A stretch of 64,000 nucleotides of DNA, from positions 31,015-95,014 of the forward strand of contig JAQBUT010000008.1 in NCBI GenBank assembly GCA_027623195.1, in the 5' to 3' direction. The notes beneath the pieces are model-generated. The model had not been told where the DNA came from. It ran no database searches and saw only the letters and a program-made list of their open reading frames with translations. This document shows positions 47,826 through 56,952 of this stretch, in pieces. The stretch comes from Chloroflexota bacterium. GTDB taxonomy: Bacteria; Chloroflexota; Dehalococcoidia; Lucifugimonadales; JADFKI01. The translations under genes were made by a program, and so were the position numbers. Position 1 is the stretch's first letter, and the number at the start of each line of letters is the position of its first letter.

Positions 47826-50798
47826 CTATTTTAGGACTTTACCACCAGGTACGAGAGTTGAAGCCTCAGTTGCGAATACCCAGACCGCGTCACCGAACGG
47901 AATGTCCAAGTCGTCCAAGTCGTCCGGTATAGTCGCGTCTCCGTCTGAGGAGTCGCTGTCAATTGCGTCATCACCGAATGGGATAGTGCTCCACTCGTTC
48001 TGAATGGTATCGAATGCGAGTATCCTGGCAATCTCATCGCGGGAGCTTTCAAAGTAATCGTCTGCGTCCACGAAGGAATCGGCATCCAGAGCCTCACCGG
48101 TTACGTCCACGATGGGCACCAGGTTCCAGCCAGGGAACAGGTCAATTAGAGGAGGCTGGATTGGCGTTCCGCCGCTGACGGCACCACCAGGTAGCCTAGG
48201 AATGTCCACTTCCCAGTCCTCGATCTGGTCGGCCCTGATCCAGTAACCACGCCTTGATGTGATTTCCCGGAGGTCGCCCACCCAAGAATCGTCGGATGTC
48301 TCCCTGACTGCTACCAACCATCCACCAGGTACCGTCGGGTCGAATGTGTACACGGTGGTGACAGGCACGTCAGGGCCTAGCACTACGTCGATTGAAGGAT
48401 CATTCGGATCAGCAGGTACGCTGACCAGGTTCCAACCAGGGTTGAGGGTCCTTTCGAACGGATCTCGCTCCTCAACCTCGAAGTCGAGTTCCAGTATTTC
48501 GTCGAGCTCATTGCCGGCTTGGTCAACGGCATTGATTTTGATGGTGTGATCGCCAATGGAGATATTCTCAATGGCTACCAGGAACCTCTGGTCGTCCGTG
48601 CTGCTAACCAGATCAGTTAGGTCTACTCCGTCTAGGAGGAATGACGTAATCACTACGTCGTCAAATTTATCCTGTGAGTATTCCTTATTCTCGTTATTGT
48701 TGCCCGAGGTATTGTTGGCGTTCTCGTCGAACAGAATCTGAATGAAGAACGGGTCTTCGAACTCGAAGGTATCCTCGTCTACTTCCACCTCTAGCCCGTC
48801 GATGTTCACCTTGGGATCGGGCATCGCAATGTCGCCCTGGAAGAAGACTGCGCCGTCATCAACGTCGCCATCGCCATCGAAGAAGTCGGTCAGGCCGTCT
48901 GAAGCTGTCGGGTCAATTGCGTCGGCCACTTCGCCGTCGTTTCCTTGGTCGTCCTCACCGGATATCCAAATGTTGTAGTAACCGGTGTTGTTTGGCTCGT
49001 CAACGATGACGCGCCAGCGGTTAGTCCCGACCTCGTCCACGTCTGTGTTCAAGGTGCTGCCCACATTTGTCAGGGCACCATCTATTACCAGGGTGACCGT
49101 AACAGTAGGGTCGGACTCAATCGCCTCGTCCGCTGTGAAGAAAATTTCTATTTCCTGGTTTTCACCAACGACCAAGTCAGGAGAATTTGGCCCTTCGATG
49201 GACTCAATCTTGAACTCCGGAGAGATTCGGTCCTCCGCCTCTTCGTCATCACTGTCGAGGTTGTTGCCAGCCTCGTCATCAATGCCGTCGGGGACGATAT
49301 TAATGTCAGGGGTCTCGTCCGGGTCCAGGTCGTCTTCCAACTGGATGAAGACGCTGTTCCTAAGCATGAACCGACCGTTTTCATCCGGAACCGCTGGGGT
49401 TACGTTAGGGTTGCCACCAGTGGGGAACCAGCTGTCGGGCCTTTCAATCTTCGCTGTCGTCACTGTGCAGGCGGCTGTTGCCGAACCATCGGCTGCGAAG
49501 CATGTTGCCGGCCTTGTGCCGTCAATATCTTCCGGACCATCCGCATGTGGCGTACCAGAGTCTGGGCCGCCCTCGATCTCCGAGGGATCCACGTCAAACC
49601 ACTGGACCCTTCGGATGGTGTGGCCTTCTACTACGAAGTCGTCTTCGTCAATCGTATCGGCGTCCAGGTCGGTGTTGTCTACTATGATTACCTGGATCCA
49701 TCCTCGATCATCAGAAAACTCATCGTCTGCTGAGTCGTAGGAGACGCCTGTTCGTGGTGGGAAGGTCGAATTAAGTACGGGATCTTCCGTGTCGACCGTT
49801 AGCTCTAGCATAGTGTCAGTTGAACTGTCGTCTTCGCCGTCGTAAATATCGAAGTTACCTGCGGCGTCGAACGTTACCACTGTCATGAAGTGGGTCTCGT
49901 TCTCGTCCAGGAAGGCGTTAGTGCCAACATCGAAGCCGTCGGTGATGTCGTCGTAGTCGTTCTCGTCTTCTACGGTGATTACCGTTATGGCTGAGCCGCC
50001 GGAGCATATTGTTGTTCCAGCGTCGATGCCGCCGCTTGTGATGCCAGTGGTGATTTCGGTTACGGTGCACTGGACATCGGAAATAAGGATCACTGTGGCC
50101 GAGTACTCGTTGTCCCCGTCAGTGTCGGGTTTGTCCTCGGGATCCGGGATTCCGGCTCCGCGGTCTGTAATGGAGAATTCAATATCGACGTCCTCGTCGT
50201 CCACTACATCGCCGTCCTCAGGAAGGACGTTCCGTACCTTGGGGTCGGTGTTCTCAACACCGATGGTTACGGACTTCGCAACGTCAATCGTGTCGCCCGT
50301 GGAAGGCTTCACAACGATAGTTACCTCGTCGTCGCTATCCACTTGAATCTGGAATCGATCGCCCGCCCCAACCCAGTCTCCACCAAGGGCAGGAGACGTG
50401 GAGGACGCTTCGGTTAGCTCGATCTCAAACACAATAAGTCCGTCGTCTGAGCCAAAGTCGTCCTCATCTATCCTTCGGGTTGTCAGGGTTATATCGGACT
50501 CTTTGGTTGAGATTGTTACGTCGGCCCCTCTTACGGAGACTCCGGCAGAAAGGCCACCGCTCTGCACTTCCACCCAGAGGACTGTGCCGGTGTTGCCCCA
50601 GTCGGTCTCTACGTCCGGGATTCCGTCTGTAGCATGGTCTGTGCTGGCATCGGCGCCAGGTACAGGGTTATCCATGTATACGGTTATCACCGGAGACACA
50701 GCAAGAGCAGTCTGCGGCTGCTCTACTATGTTGAAAACTACTCCGAACAATAAAACTAGTACTGCGATTATGGGTATGGACCCAAAGACTCTTTTCAC
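47826..50798 (-). CDS. Large acidic secreted protein, S-layer / cell-surface candidate (990 aa)
   Basis: Signal peptide, very Asp/Glu-rich Ig-like segments, DxDxDG-like motifs, two C-terminal L.PGWNLV...(GYW/AVW) repeats. Confidence 0.75.
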   Translation of the reverse strand: MKRVFGSIPIIAVLVLLFGVVFNIVEQPQTALAVSPVITVYMDNPVPGADASTDHATDGIPDVETDWGNTGTVLWVEVQSGGLSAGVSVRGADVTISTKESDITLTTRRIDEDDFGSDDGLIVFEIELTEASSTSPALGGDWVGAGDRFQIQVDSDDEVTIVVKPSTGDTIDVAKSVTIGVENTDPKVRNVLPEDGDVVDDEDVDIEFSITDRGAGIPDPEDKPDTDGDNEYSATVILISDVQCTVTEITTGITSGGIDAGTTICSGGSAITVITVEDENDYDDITDGFDVGTNAFLDENETHFMTVVTFDAAGNFDIYDGEDDSSTDTMLELTVDTEDPVLNSTFPPRTGVSYDSADDEFSDDRGWIQVIIVDNTDLDADTIDEDDFVVEGHTIRRVQWFDVDPSEIEGGPDSGTPHADGPEDIDGTRPATCFAADGSATAACTVTTAKIERPDSWFPTGGNPNVTPAVPDENGRFMLRNSVFIQLEDDLDPDETPDINIVPDGIDDEAGNNLDSDDEEAEDRISPEFKIESIEGPNSPDLVVGENQEIEIFFTADEAIESDPTVTVTLVIDGALTNVGSTLNTDVDEVGTNRWRVIVDEPNNTGYYNIWISGEDDQGNDGEVADAIDPTASDGLTDFFDGDGDVDDGAVFFQGDIAMPDPKVNIDGLEVEVDEDTFEFEDPFFIQILFDENANNTSGNNNENKEYSQDKFDDVVITSFLLDGVDLTDLVSSTDDQRFLVAIENISIGDHTIKINAVDQAGNELDEILELDFEVEERDPFERTLNPGWNLVSVPADPNDPSIDVVLGPDVPVTTVYTFDPTVPGGWLVAVRETSDDSWVGDLREITSRRGYWIRADQIEDWEVDIPRLPGGAVSGGTPIQPPLIDLFPGWNLVPIVDVTGEALDADSFVDADDYFESSRDEIARILAFDTIQNEWSTIPFGDDAIDSDSSDGDATIPDDLDDLDIPFGDAVWVFATEASTLVPGGKVLK

Positions 50799-51125
50799 TT
50801 TTTACCCCCTTGATAATTCCGGGTCTGACATTTGATTGAAATTTCTGTAAAAACAGAACCCCGGGCCTTTGATTTCACCCGGGAGGGCGGCGACGGTCCA
50901 CTTTGCAGAAGCGGCATCTGGAACTCTTCGGACTCCTCGCTGCCATTATCTTGAAATTTAATCCTGTCCAAAACCTATTGTCCCTAATGACGTTTTGATA
51001 CTGGCTTTCACCAGTAATGAAGATTGCCACCAACACCTCAGGAACCAGAAATCCTGGGCAGTCGGGGTATTCATAAATATCATACCCCGAAATGGCGAAG
51101 GGCAAACTTCGACAAATCCAGCGAA

Positions 51126-51155
51126 ACTATATAAGAATCAGGAGGCCAATGTCAA
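51126..51155 (-). promoter_or_regulatory. Near-consensus sigma70 promoter for the S-layer-like gene
   Basis: On -: TTGACA-N18-TATAGT. Confidence 0.65.
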
Positions 51156-51837
51156 TAAGATTAAGCCTCAGTACTCACAGTATTTCGCGCCCTCTGGGAG
51201 ATGAAATGATCTGGATTTCCAGCGCATTATCTCCCTGTTTGTTGTTAACTTAAGTCCTTTTTTTTAAGTGTCACCTCTTGTCAAAAGAGACGCCTGTCCG
51301 AGCACTATTCGAACGCCCGTTCTGCGCCATTAAATTGCTCTGGAATTTGGGTCGACAAAATTCATTTCCATCTAATCAAACCCAGAGCCACGAATACGTA
51401 ATCTACTATTACAAATGCCCTCTACCATTGCAATGCCCTTAGGTCCTATCGAAATACGCAATTTTGATACCTGTTTTGTGTGCTGTGTATTTCGGCGAGC
51501 ATCAGTGCCCGCGCCTGATTTGTTCGTAGGGAGGCGTTACAACTTTCCTTATGGTGTTATTTGGCCCATTCCCACGGCAAAACTCTCCGGCGCATGCCCG
51601 AAACTGATTCGAATGAACTAACAGTTACTTAGGTTCGTGCCGTTCTATACTACGAGTAAGGGTAAAGTCCGCAGTATTACCTGAGCGTTACGGGGGGAAA
51701 CGGGTTTGGTGTGTGGCCTTTGGTGAAAGCATTGTGAACTCAAGGAGGTTATGGGCATCTTTCTGTCCTGCGTATTGCTAATACGGGATATTTGGAGCTG
51801 TTGGTTATCACGCCCACGAAGTTGGTCTGGGGTTTAA

Positions 51838-53532
51838 TTGTCTCGATGTTCCCACTTATGCCAGAAACGCGGCGTTTTTAATCCCGGCCCTTTGTGGCCT
51901 ACTGGCGTTAAGGGGGGCTTCTACAGCATTGACATGATATTTGTACGCGGCTACGCTTTTTTCGTAGCTGGCGTCAGCATAATATACTCACGTATCGGAT
52001 CATCGGGTGCGGCGGGGCGTGAAAATGAGCCTACTAGTAAGGGGACGGAACTGAAGGTATTGTCGAAGGAAGATTCTGCTAAGCCTGCTGATGGGACCGG
52101 GTTGCCAACCCAGGTGAAGGGGCAAAAGGGCCTCAGGTGGTCACTTCGCATGTCTGAGCGGAGGGGCCTCCTACTGGTGGCCGATGTTTTGCTTGTTAAC
52201 CTGAGCGTCTTCCTGGCGTTATGGTTCTGGACCATTGGATACCTGCCGTTTACTCGGGACTTCTTGATTGAACAGCTTTACTGGTTTCCCATTTTGACTG
52301 CTCTATGGGTTGTTTCCGCAGTCCTTAATGGTCTCTATGACACTGCGGTAACAGCCAGCCTCAGGAATAGCGCCAGGGCATTGACGCAAGCTATAGCCTT
52401 GCTTCTCGTTGCATATCTCCTTGTGTACTTCCTTTCGTCGCCGGGCGAGCTGCTCCGCCGATTTGTCTTTTACTTTATAGGTATGTCTTTTGTGGCCCTG
52501 GGGGCGTGGCGATTTGTCTATACCGTTTACCTTGGGAAGGCCCCGTTCCAGAGGAGGGCTATTCTTGTTGGAAGCGGCATAGCGAGTTCCACCGCAGCCC
52601 AGACCGTTAGAACCTTATCTAATCCGCACTATCACGTAGTCGGGTTCGTCAACGAGCAGGTTTTGAATCGGCAAGATGCCGCAGAGAAAGATGGCATGGC
52701 GCCATTGGGCTCCACTGAAGACCTTCCTGAACTGGCCAGATTAATGGGCGCCTCCGAGGTTATCGTGACCTCCATGGACAGTCTGAACGAAAGCTTGGTG
52801 CGAAGTCTGGTGGACTGCCAGGAGCAGGGCGTCCAGGTGACTCCCCTTCCGGTTGTGTACGAGGAGATAACCGGTCGCATTCCTCTGGATATGGTTTCAC
52901 ATGGTTGGCTTAGCGTTCTGCCGATGTCCCATGCCAGCACCGGCGTTATATTCCCTCTTACTAAGCGGTTGATCGACGTGACGCTGGCAGTGTTGGGGCT
53001 TCTGGGTGTCCTGGCGTTGCTGCCGTTCGTTGCAGTAGCTATTCGTCTGGACTCTCCCGGCCCGATCTTCTACGGACAAGACCGCGTAGGCAAGGGCGGC
53101 CGCCGTTTCCGGGCGTATAAGTTCAGGTCCATGGCGATATCGCCTGACGACGTTGAGCAGCCCCTTTGGACGGAAAGAGGGGACATCCGGGTAACCCGCG
53201 TCGGGCGAATACTCCGGTCTACGCATGTGGATGAGTTCCCTCAGTTCCTGAACGTATTTAAAGGGGATATGAGTGCTGTTGGCCCCCGCCCTGAACGGAT
53301 AGAGCTAGCCGAGCAGTTTGACAGAGCAATCCCATTTTACAGGCTACGTCACTCCGTGCGGCCAGGAATGGCTGGCTGGGCCTTAATCAATCAGGGCAAT
53401 ACCAGTTCTGTACAAGATGCCTGGATGAAGCTGGAGTACGACCTTTACTACATCAAGCATCAGTCGCTGTGGCTGGACATGGTTATCCTCCTCAAGACCT
53501 TCGTTGACGCAGTGACATTCCGAGGGCGTTAA
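51838..53532 (+). CDS. Polyprenyl-phosphate priming glycosyltransferase (WcaJ/WbaP family); true start probably 52050-52150
   Basis: N-terminal TMs, CoA-binding-like domain, KRLID...SPGPIFY.Q.RVG..G..F..YKFRSM...D.RVTRVG..LR...DE.PQF.NV.KGDMS.VGPRPE. Confidence 0.93.
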   Translation: MSRCSHLCQKRGVFNPGPLWPTGVKGGFYSIDMIFVRGYAFFVAGVSIIYSRIGSSGAAGRENEPTSKGTELKVLSKEDSAKPADGTGLPTQVKGQKGLRWSLRMSERRGLLLVADVLLVNLSVFLALWFWTIGYLPFTRDFLIEQLYWFPILTALWVVSAVLNGLYDTAVTASLRNSARALTQAIALLLVAYLLVYFLSSPGELLRRFVFYFIGMSFVALGAWRFVYTVYLGKAPFQRRAILVGSGIASSTAAQTVRTLSNPHYHVVGFVNEQVLNRQDAAEKDGMAPLGSTEDLPELARLMGASEVIVTSMDSLNESLVRSLVDCQEQGVQVTPLPVVYEEITGRIPLDMVSHGWLSVLPMSHASTGVIFPLTKRLIDVTLAVLGLLGVLALLPFVAVAIRLDSPGPIFYGQDRVGKGGRRFRAYKFRSMAISPDDVEQPLWTERGDIRVTRVGRILRSTHVDEFPQFLNVFKGDMSAVGPRPERIELAEQFDRAIPFYRLRHSVRPGMAGWALINQGNTSSVQDAWMKLEYDLYYIKHQSLWLDMVILLKTFVDAVTFRGR

Positions 53533-53564
53533 AGGCATTATAGGCCACGCACTGATGAACTACC

Positions 53565-54803
53565 TCAAGGTAGCCTTTTAAGAATCTTCAGGTAGTCCTT
53601 GGCCGTCTGTGGGCGCGAGGCGTGGTTTCTTACGTACTCTGCCCCGTTCATTCCCAATGTTTTGCGGAGTTCGCTATCTTCACGCAGTTGGGAGATTGCT
53701 TTCGTCAGCTCGTCGGCGTTTTCAGGCTCGATACAAAGGCCGGCCTTTGCCGATTCCAGGATTTCCTTGGCCTGACCTTCGACACCTAGAATGACCGGTC
53801 GCTCGCAAGCCATGAACTCCAACATCTTCGTAGGTATGACTGTCTTGAACACATCGGCCTTCTTCAAAAGCACCAGACAAACGTCCGATGACCGGATCAG
53901 GCCCGGTATGGATTCCCGAGGCTGCTGAGGCAAGAACTTGACGTTGGGAATGCCCCTTTCCAGGGCCACTTGCTCCAGTCGGGATTTCTCCGCGCCCTCC
54001 CCTATGAAGACAAACCGAACATCGCGTTGAAGGTGTTGCATGCTTTCGGCGGCATTCAAGACGGTATTTAGGCCGTGAGCCGCTCCCATTGTCCCAATAT
54101 AGGAGACTATGAAATGATTATCATCGGACCTCAACTGGTCTCGATGTATGTCATCAGATTCGTTTCCGTGGAATAGGTTTGTGTCTACGCCATTAAGGAC
54201 TACGGAAATCTTTTTTTCCGGCACCGACCAGTCTCTCACCAGCGAATCCTTGAATGCTGGAGTAACCACAACGATTTCACGGGCATTGCGGTACAAAAAG
54301 CCAGCTACCCACTTAAGCCAGCGATAGGCGAATGACTTTTCGTTGCCCATGCCGGCAGCCACAATCGACTCCGGCCACAGGTCTCTTACCTCAAAAACCA
54401 GCGGCGCTCGTTTGATCGTGCTCAGCCACCAGCCGGACAGACCTACTAGCAGTTGTGGGGACGTGGCAATTATTACATCAGGGCGTTTGAGGAACGACCC
54501 GGTCAAGGCAGCCGAAATGGCGAAGGAGACGTAGTTCAGTGCCCGTTCCCAGGATTTCCGATTGGGCAGAGGCGCCAGAATCGTTCGGACTACGTTGATG
54601 CCGTCTATGCGCTCCCTGTACACCAGCCTTTTCATGCGGCTTCTGTATTCAGGGTGGACTACTCCGGCCGGGTGATTGGGAAAGCCCGTCAAAACGGTAA
54701 CGTCATGACCCTCGGCCGCCCATTCACGCGATAGCTCGTGGACCCGGGCGGCAGGCGCGCCCATCTCTGGCGGAAAGTATTGAGAAACGTAGAGTATTCG
54801 CAT
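53565..54803 (-). CDS. Glycosyltransferase family 4 (WbuB-like)
   Basis: SQYFPPE..APA.R, PNHP.G, TSPQL, EVRDLWPES, IPTKMLEFMA. Confidence 0.92.
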   Translation of the reverse strand: MRILYVSQYFPPEMGAPAARVHELSREWAAEGHDVTVLTGFPNHPAGVVHPEYRSRMKRLVYRERIDGINVVRTILAPLPNRKSWERALNYVSFAISAALTGSFLKRPDVIIATSPQLLVGLSGWWLSTIKRAPLVFEVRDLWPESIVAAGMGNEKSFAYRWLKWVAGFLYRNAREIVVVTPAFKDSLVRDWSVPEKKISVVLNGVDTNLFHGNESDDIHRDQLRSDDNHFIVSYIGTMGAAHGLNTVLNAAESMQHLQRDVRFVFIGEGAEKSRLEQVALERGIPNVKFLPQQPRESIPGLIRSSDVCLVLLKKADVFKTVIPTKMLEFMACERPVILGVEGQAKEILESAKAGLCIEPENADELTKAISQLREDSELRKTLGMNGAEYVRNHASRPQTAKDYLKILKRLP

Positions 54804-54815
54804 TCTCTGCCGCTG

Positions 54816-55841
54816 CTAGTAGTAGGTCAACTTGAATATCGCCTTGTATGCCAACGCCGCCGTGCGCTTAAAGGGGTTTTGCCGGTAGGCCTCCCATCGC
54901 TCGGCGTATTCGGCGAATACCTGCTCGCCAGTAATCGTGTGGAGCACTCGAAGCTGCGCTATGTGCAGCCGATGATAAAAGGGGCTGGCAATCATTTTCA
55001 GGCGGGTCCCCGACTGTTCGTAAAGAGACCAGAAGCCGATATCGTATTCGTGTAGGTTCTTGGCAATAGTAGAAACCGACTGGCGAAAAATCTCGCGGGA
55101 AAGCTCGTTGCCGGTGGCCAGGTGGTAATCATATATTCCCCAACTCGCCCAGATGAAGCCGTTAAGGATGTGGGTCGGAGGTGAAACGATGTACTCCTCT
55201 ATCCAAATGTCTCCGGCATCGTCTGTAAAAATAACGCCTCCCTCGTCTGTGGACCCGCAAAAAGACTCAAAGGCTAGTCCGGCCGCTTGGAGATACGAGC
55301 CGTCTCCGGTTTCCTTGTGGGCCCTCACCAGGACAGATATCCCTTGCCCTTGCGCTAATCCGGAATACCAGGGAGCGCGCAACGTGGAGCGGTATTCCCA
55401 GTCGAAATGGTGGTTCCATACGCTAAGGCCCGCTTCATTGAGTTCTAGGCTGCGTACCAGCCAGTCTGCCACAGCCAGGAACTTTCGACGGCGTTCCTGG
55501 TCTTCGGTTCTCAGAAAGAGATTGTAGTTGCCGAGACCGTACTGGGATATCGCGATGGGGTTGTATTGGAGGCCCGTACCGCCGTGGTAGTTGAGCAGAG
55601 GTATTCCGGTATCGTCGTACTGGCCGGAGTAGTCTGCCTTGGCGGTAAAAGGCATGTAGTACTCCCCAAGTTCGTCTCTCTTGAGGTTTTCGTTTACTTC
55701 AGGAACCTCATGCCAAAACGTCAGTTGGCTTTTTTTCGGGGTGAGGTATGCGGAGAAGACCCTGCGGTAGTAGTTGAGGCGCCCACTGGCCCCGCGCGGG
55801 GTCCTTGGCGAGCCGGCCATATTGCCGTTGGCTTCAGCCAT
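54816..55841 (-). CDS. D-glucuronyl C5-epimerase family protein
   Basis: YNP..I.QYGL, PWYSGLAQGQ.ISVLVRA, W.EEY...P..HILNGFI....G.YDY, YD.G.WSLY, YHRLHI.QL. Confidence 0.88.
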   Translation of the reverse strand: MAEANGNMAGSPRTPRGASGRLNYYRRVFSAYLTPKKSQLTFWHEVPEVNENLKRDELGEYYMPFTAKADYSGQYDDTGIPLLNYHGGTGLQYNPIAISQYGLGNYNLFLRTEDQERRRKFLAVADWLVRSLELNEAGLSVWNHHFDWEYRSTLRAPWYSGLAQGQGISVLVRAHKETGDGSYLQAAGLAFESFCGSTDEGGVIFTDDAGDIWIEEYIVSPPTHILNGFIWASWGIYDYHLATGNELSREIFRQSVSTIAKNLHEYDIGFWSLYEQSGTRLKMIASPFYHRLHIAQLRVLHTITGEQVFAEYAERWEAYRQNPFKRTAALAYKAIFKLTYY

Positions 55842-56952
55842 CCCACTTCGCAAGCTCTGAGGCGATGCGCTCAGACGCATGGCCGTCCCATAGTGGCGGA
55901 ATCTCGCCCTCTTTGGGATTTCCGGCCAGAATGTTTTCGACTTCTACGTGAAGGCGCTTCAGATCGTGGCCGATAAGCACATTAGTGCCTAACGTGACTG
56001 TTACGGGGCGCTCCGTATTTTCTCGAAGGGTCAAGCATGGCACGCCGAGGTAGGTGGATTCCTCTTGAATGCCGCCAGAGTCAGTGATGACAACAGTGGC
56101 GGACATCTGCAGCGCCAGGAAATCAACGTATCCCAGAGGCTCCACTAGCTTCAGGCGTTTCTGGACATCGGCGGGGATCATCCCCTCCATACGCTCCCGT
56201 GTCCGGGGATGCACGGGGAAAATCAGTGGCAACGACTGGCTAATCTCACCAAGAGCATCCAGAATCGGCAGCAGCGTCGAAGGGTCGTCGACGTTCGACG
56301 GGCGATGAATGGTGACCAGTCCATATCTGTCTAGGCCGGATGCCAGGCGTTTCGCCTCCTGGGAATTCTTCGCCTCGGGAAGCAGCCGCACCAGGGAGTC
56401 GATCATGACGTTGCCAACCAGGCGGACTTTTTCGCGCGGTATCCCCTCGCGTAGCAGGTTGACGTCGCCGTCGTCAGACGGGGTGAACAGCAGGTCGGCG
56501 AGCTGGTCCGTTACCAGACGATTAATCTCCTCTGGCATAGCTCTGTCATAAGAACGCAGACCAGCCTCAACGTGACCCACTGGCACCATGAGCTTTGAGC
56601 AGACCAGAGCTGCGGCCGCCGTGGAATTCACGTCGCCGTAGACCAGGACCATGTCAGGCTTCCTATCCAGCACGACTGGCTCAAAGAGAGACATGACCTC
56701 TGAGGTCTGCTGTGCGTGGCTTCCTGAGCCTACACCGAGATTTACGTCCGGCTGAGGCATTCCTAGCTGTTGGAAAAACACCTCGGACATATTTACGTCG
56801 TAGTGTTGGCCGGTGTGCACTAGCGTCTGCTCCATGCCATCCGTCTGACTCAGGGCATGAAGCACCGGCGCAGCCTTCATGAAGTTTGGCCGAGCGCCCA
56901 CTACGTGGAGAACGTGCATCTTCTTGAATGAGATTCGCGCGGTCTCGGTCAT
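55834..56952 (-). CDS. wecB: UDP-N-acetylglucosamine 2-epimerase (non-hydrolysing)
   Basis: GARPNFMK, HTGQHYD, GDVNST, HVEAGLRS, MPEEINR, TDSGGIQEE, TERP. Confidence 0.96.
   Translation of the reverse strand: MTETARISFKKMHVLHVVGARPNFMKAAPVLHALSQTDGMEQTLVHTGQHYDVNMSEVFFQQLGMPQPDVNLGVGSGSHAQQTSEVMSLFEPVVLDRKPDMVLVYGDVNSTAAAALVCSKLMVPVGHVEAGLRSYDRAMPEEINRLVTDQLADLLFTPSDDGDVNLLREGIPREKVRLVGNVMIDSLVRLLPEAKNSQEAKRLASGLDRYGLVTIHRPSNVDDPSTLLPILDALGEISQSLPLIFPVHPRTRERMEGMIPADVQKRLKLVEPLGYVDFLALQMSATVVITDSGGIQEESTYLGVPCLTLRENTERPVTVTLGTNVLIGHDLKRLHVEVENILAGNPKEGEIPPLWDGHASERIASELAKWDG

Noticed and set aside
51310..51323. GAAC-N4-GTTC LexA-like box
   Set aside because: An 8-bp match is expected about once by chance in 64 kb, and it is not next to a DNA-repair gene.
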